Shown here piece by piece: positions 40,063 through 52,308 of a DNA stretch of 64,000 nt. Position numbers and translations under genes: made by a program. The notes below the pieces were generated by a model. It did not search any database, was not told the origin of the DNA, and worked only from the letters and a program-made list of their open reading frames with translations. The stretch is from NCBI RefSeq assembly GCF_006345805.1, contig NC_043013.1:17236001-17300000 (forward strand), written 5' to 3'. The stretch comes from Octopus sinensis (taxonomy: Eukaryota). Positions within the stretch are counted from its first letter, which is position 1, and each line of letters opens with the position of its first letter.

Positions 40063-40260
40063 TCAACAAATGTTGCTTTCTTTTGACGGAATTTCTTGGC
40101 CAGTAGGCATAATAACGATACTTGGAGTTGATGCTTCTGAGGTAGATATATTTGTTGAAATCATATGAATAAATCGTTCTTCGACACACTTTGCCGACAA
40201 ACGAGCATCAGCTTCTTGATCCCAGCACTCTTCTATCGTCGTACACAATAAGTCCATGTT
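40063..40260 (-). CDS. ACVR2: ACVR2-like terminal coding exon
   Basis: gaacag|AAC ATG ... TGA; NMDLLCTTIEECWDQEADARLSAKCVEERF...PSKESNIC*. The short tail ending in KES resembles ACVR2 rather than long-tailed BMPR2. The five exons sum to 1490 nt = 2 + 496 codons. Confidence 0.94.
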   Translation of the reverse strand, partial: NMDLLCTTIEECWDQEADARLSAKCVEERFIHMISTNISTSEASTPSIVIMPTGQEIPSKESNIC

Positions 40261-42795
40261 CTGTTCAAGAGAGAAAGATAATAATTGTTGTTAGTTCTTA
40301 ATTAGCCCTTTAACAACCAGGCATAGCGCTCGTAATAACATAACCACCTCCTCCTTTCACAACCATAGTTCTCCAAAAACACACTGTCTTTGGCAGTACT
40401 TCCCAAAGCTTTTATAACTACTGCCCTCTTTTCTTTTATTAACACTCTTTCAATGCCTCCTTGCTTACAATGCAACATCACAAAAAATTGCTGCTAATAA
40501 GACTGATCATCATTAAAACACTATTTGCACATTGTTAAATCATTTTTAGCACTTGTGCTGGTGGCACGTGAAAAAACATTCGAGCGAGGTCGTCGCCAGT
40601 GCCGCTGGACTGGCTCCTGTGCAGGTGGCACGTAAAAAGCACCATTGAGCATGGCCGTTGCCAGCACCACCAAACTGGCCCTCGTGCCAATGGCACATAA
40701 AAGTACCCACTACACTCTCAGAGTGGTTGGCATTAGGAAGGGCATCCAGCTGTAGAAACTCTGCCAGATCAGATTGGAGTCTGGTTCGCCAACCTCAGTC
40801 AAATCATCCAACCCATGCTAGCATGGAAAGCGGGCATTAAATGATGATGATAATGATGAACATAATCGAATGATTTGCAAATTGAATGAAGACTGGAAAT
40901 ACTAGTGAATATTAGGGAAATTAAAAGAGTCACCTATCACACTCCTATTGATCCCTTTCTCTCCAGCACCCATGTAAAACTTCCCACAGCCACTTTGAGA
41001 AATAATAGTCTATACGTTTCTATCAATTTTGGAAATAAATTGAGAATTTGGAAAATCATAATTGCCATCAACGTTTTAACATCCACTTTACCATACTTGC
41101 ATTGGTCAGAGAGTTTATTGAGCCAAATTTTCTATATCCAGATGCACTGTCACTAACCCTCACCTATTTCCAAACGAGGTAATATTTCCCCTTGGCCAGA
41201 CATGTTTTTGCAGAATATTGGAAAGAAATGACACTGACACTCATTGACAACTAGCATGTTATGCTAAGAAAAGTACACACACACGCGTGTGTGCACACAC
41301 ACACAAACTTCTTTAAGTTTCTGCCATTCAAATCCACTCACAACACTTTGGTTGGCCTGAGGATACACTAGAAAACACTTGCCTAAGGTGTCACACACTA
41401 AAACTAAACCAACAACCAAGTGGTTGGGAAGCCAACTTGTTAACTACACAGCTACACCTGTGCCTGCATTAAAATAATTTTCTGCATCATTATGTTGGTA
41501 TATGAAACAATTTAAAACCCAACCAAAATAATTTCTGTAAAAACCATTTAATTTAAATATGAACTCTTTAAAATAAAAGGAAATTCTATTGCAGATAATG
41601 GGGCCCTATCATGCTGACGTAAAAAGCTAACACTGATTTTTACTAATGTTACGAGACAGGTCTCACTGTGAACAGAATATTAGTTTGTCAGATTCTTAAA
41701 TATATTTCCCTTGTGTAAGGGGCCTAATTTCTTGTTTTATCACACATACAAAGTTTCTGCGATTACATCAGCAGGCTTTAGCACACACACACAGAGTCCC
41801 CCAACACTACATCAATAGAAAATATTATGATATATAAACAACTGCTTGTTTGGTCTATAAACTCTACAATATTGGTTTTGTGTGTGTATAAGACACTCAG
41901 GAATGATCTGAGAGATCTGGCTGCTATTTCTAGCAGGTTAATCAACTACATAGAGGCTCTTGTGTAGGAACAATTCAAAATATGTATTTCCTAGCACCTC
42001 AGGCTATCCAATGCATGATACTTGCACAGGCTGCTGTGTAGAGTACTGAACCCAAAGCCAACATTTAAGCAAAACTATATCTTTATCATTACCCTGTGTA
42101 ATAAGATTTTTGTCCTTGCTTTTGTTACATTTATTCAAACCATAAAGAATTCCTCTAAACACAAGGCTATAATGCACCCCCACTGCTCCTGTTCGTGATC
42201 AGAGATGCACATATTGTCAGCCACTAAGGGACATGCTCAATTGGTTATGGTCAGGCAACTGACAAGCAAATCTGTGGTATTAAGCAAAATATTTACTATG
42301 GCTTCCGTGCCGGTGGCACATAAAAATAACCAACCGATCATGGCCGTTGCCAGCCTCGCCTGGCACCTGTACTGGTGGCACGTAAAAAGCACCCACTACA
42401 CTCACGGAGTTGTTGGCATTAGGAAGGGCATCCAGCTGTAGAAACACTGCCAGATCAGACTGGAGCCTGGTGCAGCCTTCTGGCTTCCCAGACCCCGGTC
42501 AAACCGTCCAACCCATGCTAGCATGGAAAACAGACATTAAACGATGATGATGATATTTTTCACTTAAGCAACTCAACACTGAACCTGTCTGAAATGTAAT
42601 GGAAAACAGGTCAGTTTCAAAACATTGATGTCCAGGTCACAAAAACAAAATTTGAAGTGAATGGTAGTCATTTCCTTTTATTTCTAGAAAGAAGTAAATA
42701 CAAAATAACACTTACTGACCAAAGACAAAAAAAAAAATTAAAATGTTGTTACAGTGTTATTTACCAACAGGGAAATGAAACAAGAGGAAACTTAC

Positions 42796-42926
42796 AGCTG
42801 TTTTTCGCCAACTTTCTTTAATTGCTGGACGTATTTTCTTTATGACAACAATTTGTTGCATCTCTTCCAACGTAGGGTGTAAACCGATTTCTTCCACAAA
42901 TGGCAATTGATATTCATCAACAGGTC
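42796..42926 (-). CDS. ACVR2: ACVR2-like kinase exon, 131 nt
   Basis: atttag|GA CCT ... GCT|gtaagt; [44 protein letters not shown]. Confidence 0.95.
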
Positions 42927-43268
42927 CTAAATAAATAAAAATAAATAAATAAATAAATAAATAAAAGGGGAAAAAAAAACAATTGCATTTTGGTAGTAAA
43001 CATTTTAACCCATAGATTGTTGTAACCATTTATATTTTGTAATAGTGAAAGTATAAGCTTTTCGTTACTGTATTCCTGTTGAAATATATTTTGAAAATAA
43101 AGAACTTAGTAAAATAACTTTGCTATCATTCAGCTGGTGTTTAGAACATAAATGAGCATGAAACGTTTCGGAAGGTTATAATTTAGATCACTCTAAAACA
43201 CTTTTGTTACCATATTTCTGATAAAATATACGATCTCTGTTTCAATTAATTTTGAAAATTATGAAGAA

Positions 43269-43296
43269 CTAGCAGTATTGCCAGGCATTGCTTGGG
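43269..43296 (-). mobile_element. Helitron-type 3' terminus
   Basis: Minus strand CCCAAGCAATGCCTGGCAATACTG-CTAG|T: degenerate hairpin then CTAG-T; homologous to 18437-18465. Confidence 0.55.
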
Positions 43297-44749
43297 TTTG
43301 TTTCGACCCTTTAGAATTTGAATTTTTGGAAATTAAAAATTGTGCATTATATAGCTTGTTATTCTCTTTAAGTGAACATTTTTCTGGTTGAAATTCACCG
43401 AAAAATGGCGACACAGCAGTAAAAAAATCTTTTAAAATAGGGATTTTCATAGAAAAAAAGCACCTTTTTGATGTAAATAATTTTTGGTGCTAACATGGTC
43501 CGATTTGAATTTTTTCTTCTACAGAAGGAAGAGCAATCTTTCTTCTATCATACTCTCAATTTTGGTCAACTTGTGCCACAGGGTCTCGGAGGAGATAGTG
43601 TTAGTTGAAGACTACCAAACCTGCCATACACAGACAGCTTCAGCTTTATATATAGAGAGATTTAGTAAAATAATTTTGTCGTTATTAAGCTGTTGTCTGG
43701 AACAAATTAATGTTGATAGGAAGTTTATATCATAGGAGCAGGAATGATATCAGGTGGGCTGATATCAAAAGAATTAATAATACTGAAAAAGTTTGGATCT
43801 TTTTGGTCAGAACATGATCATTTCTTTATTTAAAATGACCTGTACATTTTGATGTGTCGTGTGTACAATATCTAGCAACTTGTCTGCATGATCCAACAAC
43901 TTTTGTTCCCCTGTTATAACATGGATTAACTCTTCAACATTTAAACTAGCCATATCCAGCCCAAAATTTTCTTCCTCTTTTATGTTCAAACTGGCCAGAT
44001 ATGACCTATCACACCTACCTAACAATGTCATTGTAAAAATAACCAATTACATCATTAAAAATTCAAAGCTACAAGATAATGCATGATTAATTCAAATCAA
44101 AGTGAACATATATGCATTACATTTGACAGAGTAATCTGAATGCTAAAGCAAATTTAATCCCCTGCAGACCACTGAACTTTTATTCATCCATGCCAAAGGT
44201 CTGCATGAACCACTCTGAAAAGCCCTAATCTACATCATCCCTTGATCTACTGGACAAAGCGTGCAATAAAGCTGAAATCATGAATCACTGTTAGAGATCT
44301 GCAACAGGCTTCTTGCATGGTTTTCCTCCAGTCAATGTTACTCATGACTGGGTTACTTAACCCATTTGATAACAATCCACTGGAGATGACCCTTGCTTCT
44401 ATGATACAGACTTCCTTAGCCCTTTTAATACCAACCTGTGCAAAACCACCCTTGGCTCTACAACACATACTATTCAAAAATTATCTGAATTAAAATGTGC
44501 TATCAAAATTTTGCATTCATTTATGTTCAAAACAGCAGCTTAATAACAACAACTATTTTACTAAATACATCAATATTATCAAAATTAATTGAAAAGGGCA
44601 GGTTATTTTTGAAGAAATTTGATAACAAAAAGATTAATTTATGCTTCAAACATCAATTTAATAATGACAAAGGGTAATTTTGCTTTTTTTTAATACTAAA
44701 TTCTTCATTATTTTCAAAGTTATTTGAAACAAAGGCAGAGTACATTATT

Positions 44750-45215
44750 TACATTCAACAGGTATTTGTCCTCATCTTTGTTGTTAATACGTTTTGGCTG
44801 ATATACCCTCCAGTCTGCATCAGGTGTCTTGGGGAAATTTCAAACCTGGGTTCTCTTTCCTGAGGTATTTTTTGATGTTGTTGTTGTTGTTATTATTATT
44901 ATTATTATCATTATTCAGGTCACTGCCTGGAATCGAACTTGGAATCTTGCGGTTAGTAGCCTGCGCTCTTAACCGCAAGCATATGGCGTAGTGGTTAAGA
45001 GCACGGGCTACTAACCCCAAGATCCCAAGTTCGATTCCAGGCAGTGACCTGAACAACAATAACAACAACAACAAATACCTTAGGAATGAGAACCCAGGTT
45101 CGAAATTTCCCCAAGACACCTGATGAAGGCTGGAGGGTGTATCAGCTGAAACGTTGCATTGACAACAAACAAGATGAGGACAAATATCCGTCAAATGTAA
45201 ATAATGTACATAATT
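44750..45215. mobile_element. Head-to-head pair of a tRNA-headed SINE with a hammerhead-like 3' part
   Basis: Plus copy: A box TGGCGTAGTGG, B box GTTCGATTCC, (AAC)n, then CTGATGAAGGCTG..CAGCTGAAACGTT; the minus copy is its reverse complement. Confidence 0.85.
45115..45160 (+). ncRNA. Candidate minimal type I hammerhead ribozyme (partly decayed)
   Basis: GACAC-CUGAUGA-A-GGCUG-(10 nt)-CAGCU-GAAA-CG-UU-GCAUU; core intact, stem II 5 bp with one G-U, stem III a palindromic ACGU, stem I imperfect. Confidence 0.5.
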
Positions 45216-45405
45216 CCTCATCTCTTAAAAATAGAAAATGCAGAGTATTTCAATAGAAATATGGTAACAAAAAGGTCAAGGCGCTGAAAACACAGATTTT
45301 AGTGGTTAAAAACCAAACTCTTTGGGACCGTGGTTACATGCCAGACAACATCAAACAATGACAACAACAAAAGATATGAAAAAGAAAGCTGTATCAGAAA
45401 CATAC

Positions 45406-45544
45406 CATCAATACCAGAACAGCGAGACATAAGTTCCCATAAAATCAAGCCACATGCATACATATCAATCCGAATGAACGCATCTCGTGTGAATGTTATA
45501 GCTCCTTCAAGAATTTCTGGAGACATGTATCTTCTGGTTCCAAC
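45406..45544 (-). CDS. ACVR2: ACVR2-like kinase exon, 139 nt
   Basis: ggtcag|GTT ... GAT G|gtatgt; [46 protein letters not shown](G). Confidence 0.96.
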
Positions 45545-46469
45545 CTGACCATTTAAATGAGAAATAAAATGAAAAGTAGAGCTAAAGAAAAAACAGTTTT
45601 AAAGGATAATTCTAGCAAAGAAGAGAAGAAAGATTATATGACGTTCATGCCTTTCCCTAGGAATTTATTGGTGCAAAGAAATGAAATGGCACTGATCATG
45701 AATTGAACCTACATCTTCTATCTGTGTTGGCCAGATTTTACAACATACGTTGGTCTTGCAGTGTAGAGGGGTACTGTTCGAAAGAGCTAAGAAGTGAATA
45801 AACTGATTAGGGTTAACTGACCCTGATATATGACCTGGGGAAATGCTGGATATTGTGGTTATTGTAGTCCTGGTTTCCCCATACATAGAAAAAAAGATAG
45901 GATGGTCGTGGCTGGAATGTCTGATTATAGGTCTGCTGTAGGGTGGGGGTGCTAAGCAGGTTTCATATATATAGATCACAGTAATCATTATATCAACCAG
46001 AATATTAGACGTTGATATTGTTATACATCACTGGTTACAATGCACTTTTTCATATTGTCGCAACTTTCAAACGATACCATCCTGCTGGCTAGGTGGACAG
46101 AGCTATGGTGTATAAGTGGTCTAAATCACAGCATTACCCCTTAAATGGGATGCTGGTCCATTACAGGGTTACTCTTTTACAGCAGAGCAGACTGGAGTAA
46201 CATGAAATGAAGAGTTTTGCTTAGGAACACAATGCATCTTCCGGTCCAGGAATCAGAACCATGGTCTTGTTGACTCTAAGTGCAACACTCTAACCACCAG
46301 GCCACATACTTTCATTCATTTGTAAATAAGGGAAGAGAGAAATGTGTCTTTAAAGAGATGCTTAGCTTTCACTCCCAAGCAAATATGATCTGATAGCTTG
46401 TAAAATGCTTTCACTAATTGTTTCAAGTGCTTTGTAGTCAAATACAGACACAGGCACTCTCTCGGTCCT

Positions 46470-47340
46470 TCAAGGTTGGATCCTTAGAAATAGTAGACAG
46501 TTTCGGTTACTTGGGTGACCAAGTTAGTAGTGGGAGCGGTTGTTCTGAAAGCATAGCTGCTAGAATAAGAATAGGCTGGGCGAAGTTCAGAGAGCTACTA
46601 TCTCTGTCAGAGTGAAAGGTAGATTGTACAATACCCGAGTATGAACAGCTATGCTACAGGGCAGTAAGGTATGGGCTGTGACTACTGAGGATATGCGAAG
46701 ACTTGAAAGAAATGAAGCCAGCCAGTATGCTTCACTGGATGGGTAGTGTCATTGTGCATAAATGACAGAGTGTGATTTGAGAGAAAAAACTGGGAATATG
46801 TAACATCAGATGCAGTGTGAAAGAGAGAAGACTGCACTGGTTTGGCCATGTAATGCATATGAACAAAGATAGTTGCATTAAAAAGTGCTGATTTCTAATT
46901 ATACAGGGAAGATGTGGAAGAGGTAGACTCAGGAAGACATGGGATGAAGTTGTGAAAAAGGATCTATAGACATTGGGACTCACAGAGGAGATGACAGAGG
47001 GCCAAGACTCCTGGTAGTGTGCAGTGCTTTAAAAGACACATCAGGCTAAATAAAAATGTGGTTGCCCTTGCATACAGGCTCATCCCCCTACAACCCTCTC
47101 CAGCTGAGAATCCCTAATCTTGTGGGTTTGTAGGTGCTCGTGCCATGTAAAAAGCACCCATGTGGGTGCTGCGTAAAAGTACCCAGTACACTCTGTGAAA
47201 TGGTTGACATTAGGAAGAACATCTAGTCATAGAAACCATACCAAAGACAGACAAGGAGCCTGAACAGGCCTTCAACTCCTGTCAAACCATCCAACCCATG
47301 CCAGCATAGAAAATGAATGTCAAATGATGATGATGATGAC
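46470..47340 (+). mobile_element. 5'-truncated RTE LINE: ORF2 C-terminus, 3' UTR and (GAT)n tail
   Basis: SLEIVDSFGYLGDQVSSGSGCSESIAARIRIGWAKFRELL, RRLERNEA, ERRLHWFGHVMHM, RGRLRKTWDEVVKKDL, followed by the family tail. Confidence 0.85.
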
Positions 47341-47351
47341 GATATATATAT

Positions 47352-47439
<88 letters not shown>

Positions 47440-48307
47440 CTGCATGAAAAATTACTACTATTTCCTATTTTTCTATCACTATTATTGCTCAAAATTGACC
47501 AAAGTCTTGTTGAGTGGATTTGGTAGACAGAAACTGAAAAAACCCTTTTGCATGTATCTAGGTATTCTGCAGTCTTCTGTGAAAAATATGTCACACTATG
47601 GGAAAATATTACCTTACTTGGAAATAGGTGAAGAATGGCAACAGGAAGGGCATCTTGTCAGAGAAAATTTACTTCAACAAATTTCATCTGACTCATGCCA
47701 GCATGATAATGGTAATGGGACAAGCAAGAATATATTGTTGAAGGGACACAACTACAATTACTGTAGTCAGTAAGATTTGAAAGTAGGACCTCATGGTCAG
47801 TAATACAGCACTTTTAACTACACAGCCATGTATTTTGTTTCAAGTCAACATCTTCCTCAAGCTAATACCAGGTTAAGAATCCTGATTTAACTAATAGTTT
47901 CTCTCATCAAAATTATAAGAGGAGGAAAATAATTAATACGAATGACCAGCATATGTTACTGGTATTTATTTTCATGATTCAAATGAGCCTTATACCCCAT
48001 CAATCACTTAAATTTCTGTTTGAAAGAAAATACCCCAATTTTATTAATACAAAATTTGAATACAATACTTTTTCCAATGAAATATCAAATAAGCATGTAT
48101 GTGTTCATGTGTGTGTGTGTGTGTGTGTGGGCATGTGTTTGAGCAAATGCGTTGGTACAACTGTGGGTATGTATACATAAATGTGGGTATATATGCATGA
48201 CAGTGGATGAATGTACATGATTGTGAGTATGCAAGTACAACTGTAGGCATATGTGCATGACTTGTGAGTTTATGTACAGGCAAATATTCAAAACTTAACA
48301 TTCTTAC

Positions 48308-49029
48308 CTGACCATGAGTGGTTCCAGGAGCTCTTGAAGGATCAAACTTTAATGCCAAACCGAAGTCAGCTATTAGAGCTGTTAAATCTGATTTTAGAAG
48401 TACGTTTTTACTCTTAAAGTCTCGATGAGCAACTGCAGGTTTAAAGTCTTGCCCACGGACTAACGGGATGTCCTCGTGGAGAAAAGCTAGTCCACGTGCC
48501 ATACTTTCTCCAATCTTGCACAATTCACTCCAGGAAATGCAGTTCCCTTTGAGGAAGTCGCAGAGTGACCCTTTCTCGTGATATTCAGTGATCAACCACA
48601 AGTCACCCTTAGCTGTGTCTTGCTTGGCAGCGATGAATCGCAAAATGTTCTCATGCCTTATATGTGGCAAACTGTAAATCTCCTGTTCGTTGAGCCACGA
48701 TTCCCTGTCTTGCAGTGGGAACACTTTCACAGCGACGTATTCATCGACCAGACTGGCCTTCCACACTGCCCCGAACCGTCCCCGAGCTATTAGTTCCAGC
48801 AGCTGGACTGGAAGGTATTGATTGGGAGAAATGACATTTGGGTCAATGGTAGGTATCTGTTCTCGATAAACCGGCCGATGGAATCTCTGGAAATAGTCAT
48901 AGTGCTGCCATATGTAAAACATAACAATAATGAAGATGGACGCAGCTGCAATTGGTACGAGGGCACATATGATTGTGACCAGTGTTTTGTTAGGGTCCTT
49001 GTTGATAACAACAGGGTCTTTAGTAACTG
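48308..49029 (-). CDS. ACVR2: ACVR2-like exon, 722 nt: juxtamembrane, TM helix and kinase subdomains I-VII
   Basis: atttcag|CA GTT ... GGT CAG|gtaaga; TM segment [61 protein letters not shown]; no GS box, so type II. Confidence 0.96.
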
Positions 49030-49189
49030 CTGAAATTAAGCATAAAAGAAAAAGAAAAAAAGAAGGAACACATTTATATTGATATAATAATAACCTTGAT
49101 ATTATAATTATTATTATTATTATTGTTGTTATTATTATCATTATTATTATTATTATTGTTATTATTATTATTATTATTATTATAAAGGT

Positions 49190-49405
49190 AGCAAGCTGGC
49201 AGAATTGTTAGCACACCAGGTGAAATGCTTAGCAGTATTTTGTCTGTGTTCACGTTCTGAGTTCAAATTCTGCCAAGGTTGACTTTACCATTCATCCTTT
49301 TGGAGTCAATAAAATTAGTACCAGTTGAGTATTGGAGTTGGTGTAATTGACTATCCCTTCCCCCCCAAATTTCAGGCCTTGTGTCTATAGAAGACAGGAC
49401 TATTA
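49190..49405 (+). mobile_element. tRNA-headed SINE (family of 9506-10320); other copies at 56365-56620, 59990-60210, 62220-62440 (+) and 63885-64000 (-)
   Basis: Shared head and central block. Confidence 0.8.
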
Positions 49406-49589
49406 TTATTAAACAACAGAAGATGAAAAATTTTTTAAATACAATCCCATAAAATTTGGAATTGCAAGAATTTTAGAGTGTGAAAACTGTAAGGCTGCTT
49501 GTTGTAGCCCATGTTAGGATGTTTTCTTCTCCAACAGTCAAATCTGTTGTGTGTATATGATAAAAAAAATAAATAAATAAATAAATAAA

Positions 49590-49621
<32 letters not shown>

Positions 49622-51263
49622 TTCACTTAAGTTTAATCTCTAAAAATACAAAAGTAAAAAGACTTATTATGGAGCAAATAATTACTTCAGTTCCTATAAT
49701 CATAAACTTATGAGAGAAAAACATTTTCTGTCTATGGAGCGAGTCCACCTTAGCATTTGCCAAATAAACTGGTGCCTACTCCTGACAGAAAGATGAATTA
49801 AGATGTATCAAATTACAATACAGTGACTGTGTGGCTGAATGAGGGGGGGGGGAGCTGCAGTGAATTTGAACTGGAAACCTATGAGCTACCAGTCCACTAC
49901 AATGCCCATCCATACGGACAATTCAAACCCACTTTCATATTGTGCATATCAGGAACAACTTAGGTATAGTGGAACTCATCCCAATCTGAGTTTAGCCCTG
50001 AATTAGTAGATTTAGGATTTAAGACATTTGTGTTATAACCATCCTACAGTTTCAAACACAGTTTGTCTCAGGCTTTTACTATACAGTATGTCTTTGACAC
50101 CTTTGCAAAGGTGGTAGGATGCGATATGAGAGATTTGATTGTTATTTCTAACAGATCCAACTGACTACATATATACCTTACCCTCATAAAAGTTGAACAT
50201 AGCATTCAAAATTCACAAAACAACTGTTAATTATACAGTACTCCCACTGTTTACCTCTGCAAGCCATATGACCATGTGGCACTAACTTACAGTTCAATGC
50301 ACTTAAGCTAGCAAGAATTAAGTGCTAGTTTCTTTTTACATTTGTTTTATAGCCAGATGTCCTTTTTGTATTCAATCCTTTCCTGTTTATAAGAAAGGGA
50401 TTTTATGTGCAAAGCCATCAGATGATTTGTTGCAAGAGAAATGAACGTCACTGCTTGCAGCTTGTGATATTCAGAAGCACAAATGTAAACAAACACATGT
50501 GCACACATTCTCCAAATCTGGTGGGAAATCCCTAAAGGCAGAGGGAACTGACCACCAAGTGGTGGATGTATTAAGATCAGCGTGAGCAAGTCCAAATGAC
50601 AAAAACATTTTTCTTTCTCAATCATAAGGTTCTGAGTTCAATTCCACCAATCTCAGACAACGCACATTGTGTAAGTGAAACTGAAAAGATGGAGGCTGCG
50701 CAAAAAGCCTGAATTGCAACTGTAATTTAAAGGGGTCAGTTTTGTTACACAGTATGTTATGTAGATTCTACCAGAGGATTACATTAGATACCCAAGTCAG
50801 TGGAATACTCAGCCAGTTATACCCCAATACAATGATTATGTGGTTCTGTTGATTGTACAGGAATTAACTATGAAATCAACATAAGATCCATAAAATAAGG
50901 CCCTCATGCTTTCCGAAATCCGTCGAAACTACACCTGATTATATATGCACTTTAGATGAGTTGTAGTGCACCTGAGCATTGTACACAATGTTTATTATTA
51001 TTATTTAATATACAGTGGGCTGACTGTTATACACCAGTCATACCAGTCATACCACATACCAGTCATCACATGAGACCTCTATTCAGAATAAGAATGTAGA
51101 TCTATTAACAAGGTGGGGCCCAGATGATTAGGAAATTCTGAACTGCGACATAATTCTGAACTGGTTTCTCCAGCATGAAAGATGACCCCCCCACCACTTG
51201 GCAGAGACAAAGTTCAAATACAGTCACCACTCAAACAGTAAATAAGAGACCAAAGTGACTAAC

Positions 51264-51563
51264 CTGCAACTGTAGGGGGTGGTGGAAGAGCTTTAAAAGA
51301 GATATTTTGATTGCACATTTCACTCTCACAGCAGCAATAGTAGACGTTTGCTGTCGAATCAGAAGCGACACAATCCATCTTGTTGTAACAATTCTCATGG
51401 TCAAGCCAGCAACCTTTCATTAGAATCTCCACTCCATCGGAACCATTGCGCCACGTAGCATAGCAGTGAGTGTGTTTGTCAGGCTCAGCGAGACACTCTA
51501 TAGTGCCATTACATACATTTGTATTACAGTGTTCACACATCAACTGCCGCGTGGCACATACAG
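51264..51563 (-). CDS. ACVR2: Activin/TGF-beta type II receptor ectodomain exon, 300 nt
   Basis: minus strand attgcag|CT GTA ... GCA G|gttagt; VCATRQLMCEHCNTNVCNGTIECLAEPDKHTHCYATWRNGSDGVEILMKGCWLDHENCYNKMDCVASDSTANVYYCCCESEMCNQNISF: three-finger fold Cys pattern with KGCW and the CCCxxxxCN box. Confidence 0.95.
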
Positions 51564-51844
51564 CTGCAATGATAAAAATATCAAAATTAGATACAAATGT
51601 ATGTGTGTGTGTGTGTGTGCATATATATATATATATATTCTACCAAATATATACGTTTTTATTATTATTTTGCATTTAATATTTCTATTATATGTAATTT
51701 TCTAGACGGTGTAATTTAATTGTTCATTTTGAATTGTTAAAAGGTGGTTTTTTTTAAATTTTTATATATATATTATATTTTGTGAAATTTGATTTAGTAT
51801 TTAAACTGAATTTTTCCCTGTAAGTTAGGGATAATATTCCCTCA

Positions 51845-52308
51845 AATAATTCTAGATTTCAATTTTATAAACTTCAACGACAAAAAAAAAGTTTAATTTG
51901 AAATAGCAACAATAATATGATATTTCAGAATCTGGGAATGACTTTATAATCACCCTGTATGTATGTGTGCGTACATTGGATATATGTGTGTTGGTTATGA
52001 ATGTATTGAGTGTTCTACAGATACAGATTTGTGTACATATGCATTTGTGTGTAGAATTTCACTAATTATATATATATATATATATAATTAGTGAAATTCT
52101 ACACACAAATGCATATGTACACAAATCTGTGTCTATAGAACACTCAATACATTCATAACCAACACACATATATCCAATGTACGCACACATACATACAGGG
52201 TGATTATAAAGTCATTCCCAGATTCTGAAATATCATATTATTGTTGCTATTTCAAATTAAACTTTTTTTTTGTCGTTGAAGTTTATAAAATTGAAATCTA
52301 GAATTATT
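51845..52308. repeat. 464-bp near-perfect inverted repeat centred on (TA)n at about 52076
   Basis: 232-bp arms; only two mismatches seen (left-arm positions 52018 and 52022). Confidence 0.95.

Noticed and set aside
43807-44046. Protein-like 79-aa ORF (LGRCDRSYLASLNIKEEENFG...)
   Set aside because: Most of it lies within a piggyBac-type MITE also found at 61180-61398 and 63585-63805, where the frame is not preserved.
44983-45055. tRNA gene (ACT anticodon-like loop)
   Set aside because: It has A/B boxes but no proper acceptor stem and runs into a SINE body that is present in two copies; it is a SINE head.
48044-49141. 365-aa single-exon receptor kinase ORF
   Set aside because: The poly-Ile N-terminus and the post-GQ C-terminus are intronic read-through; the true exon is 48308-49029.
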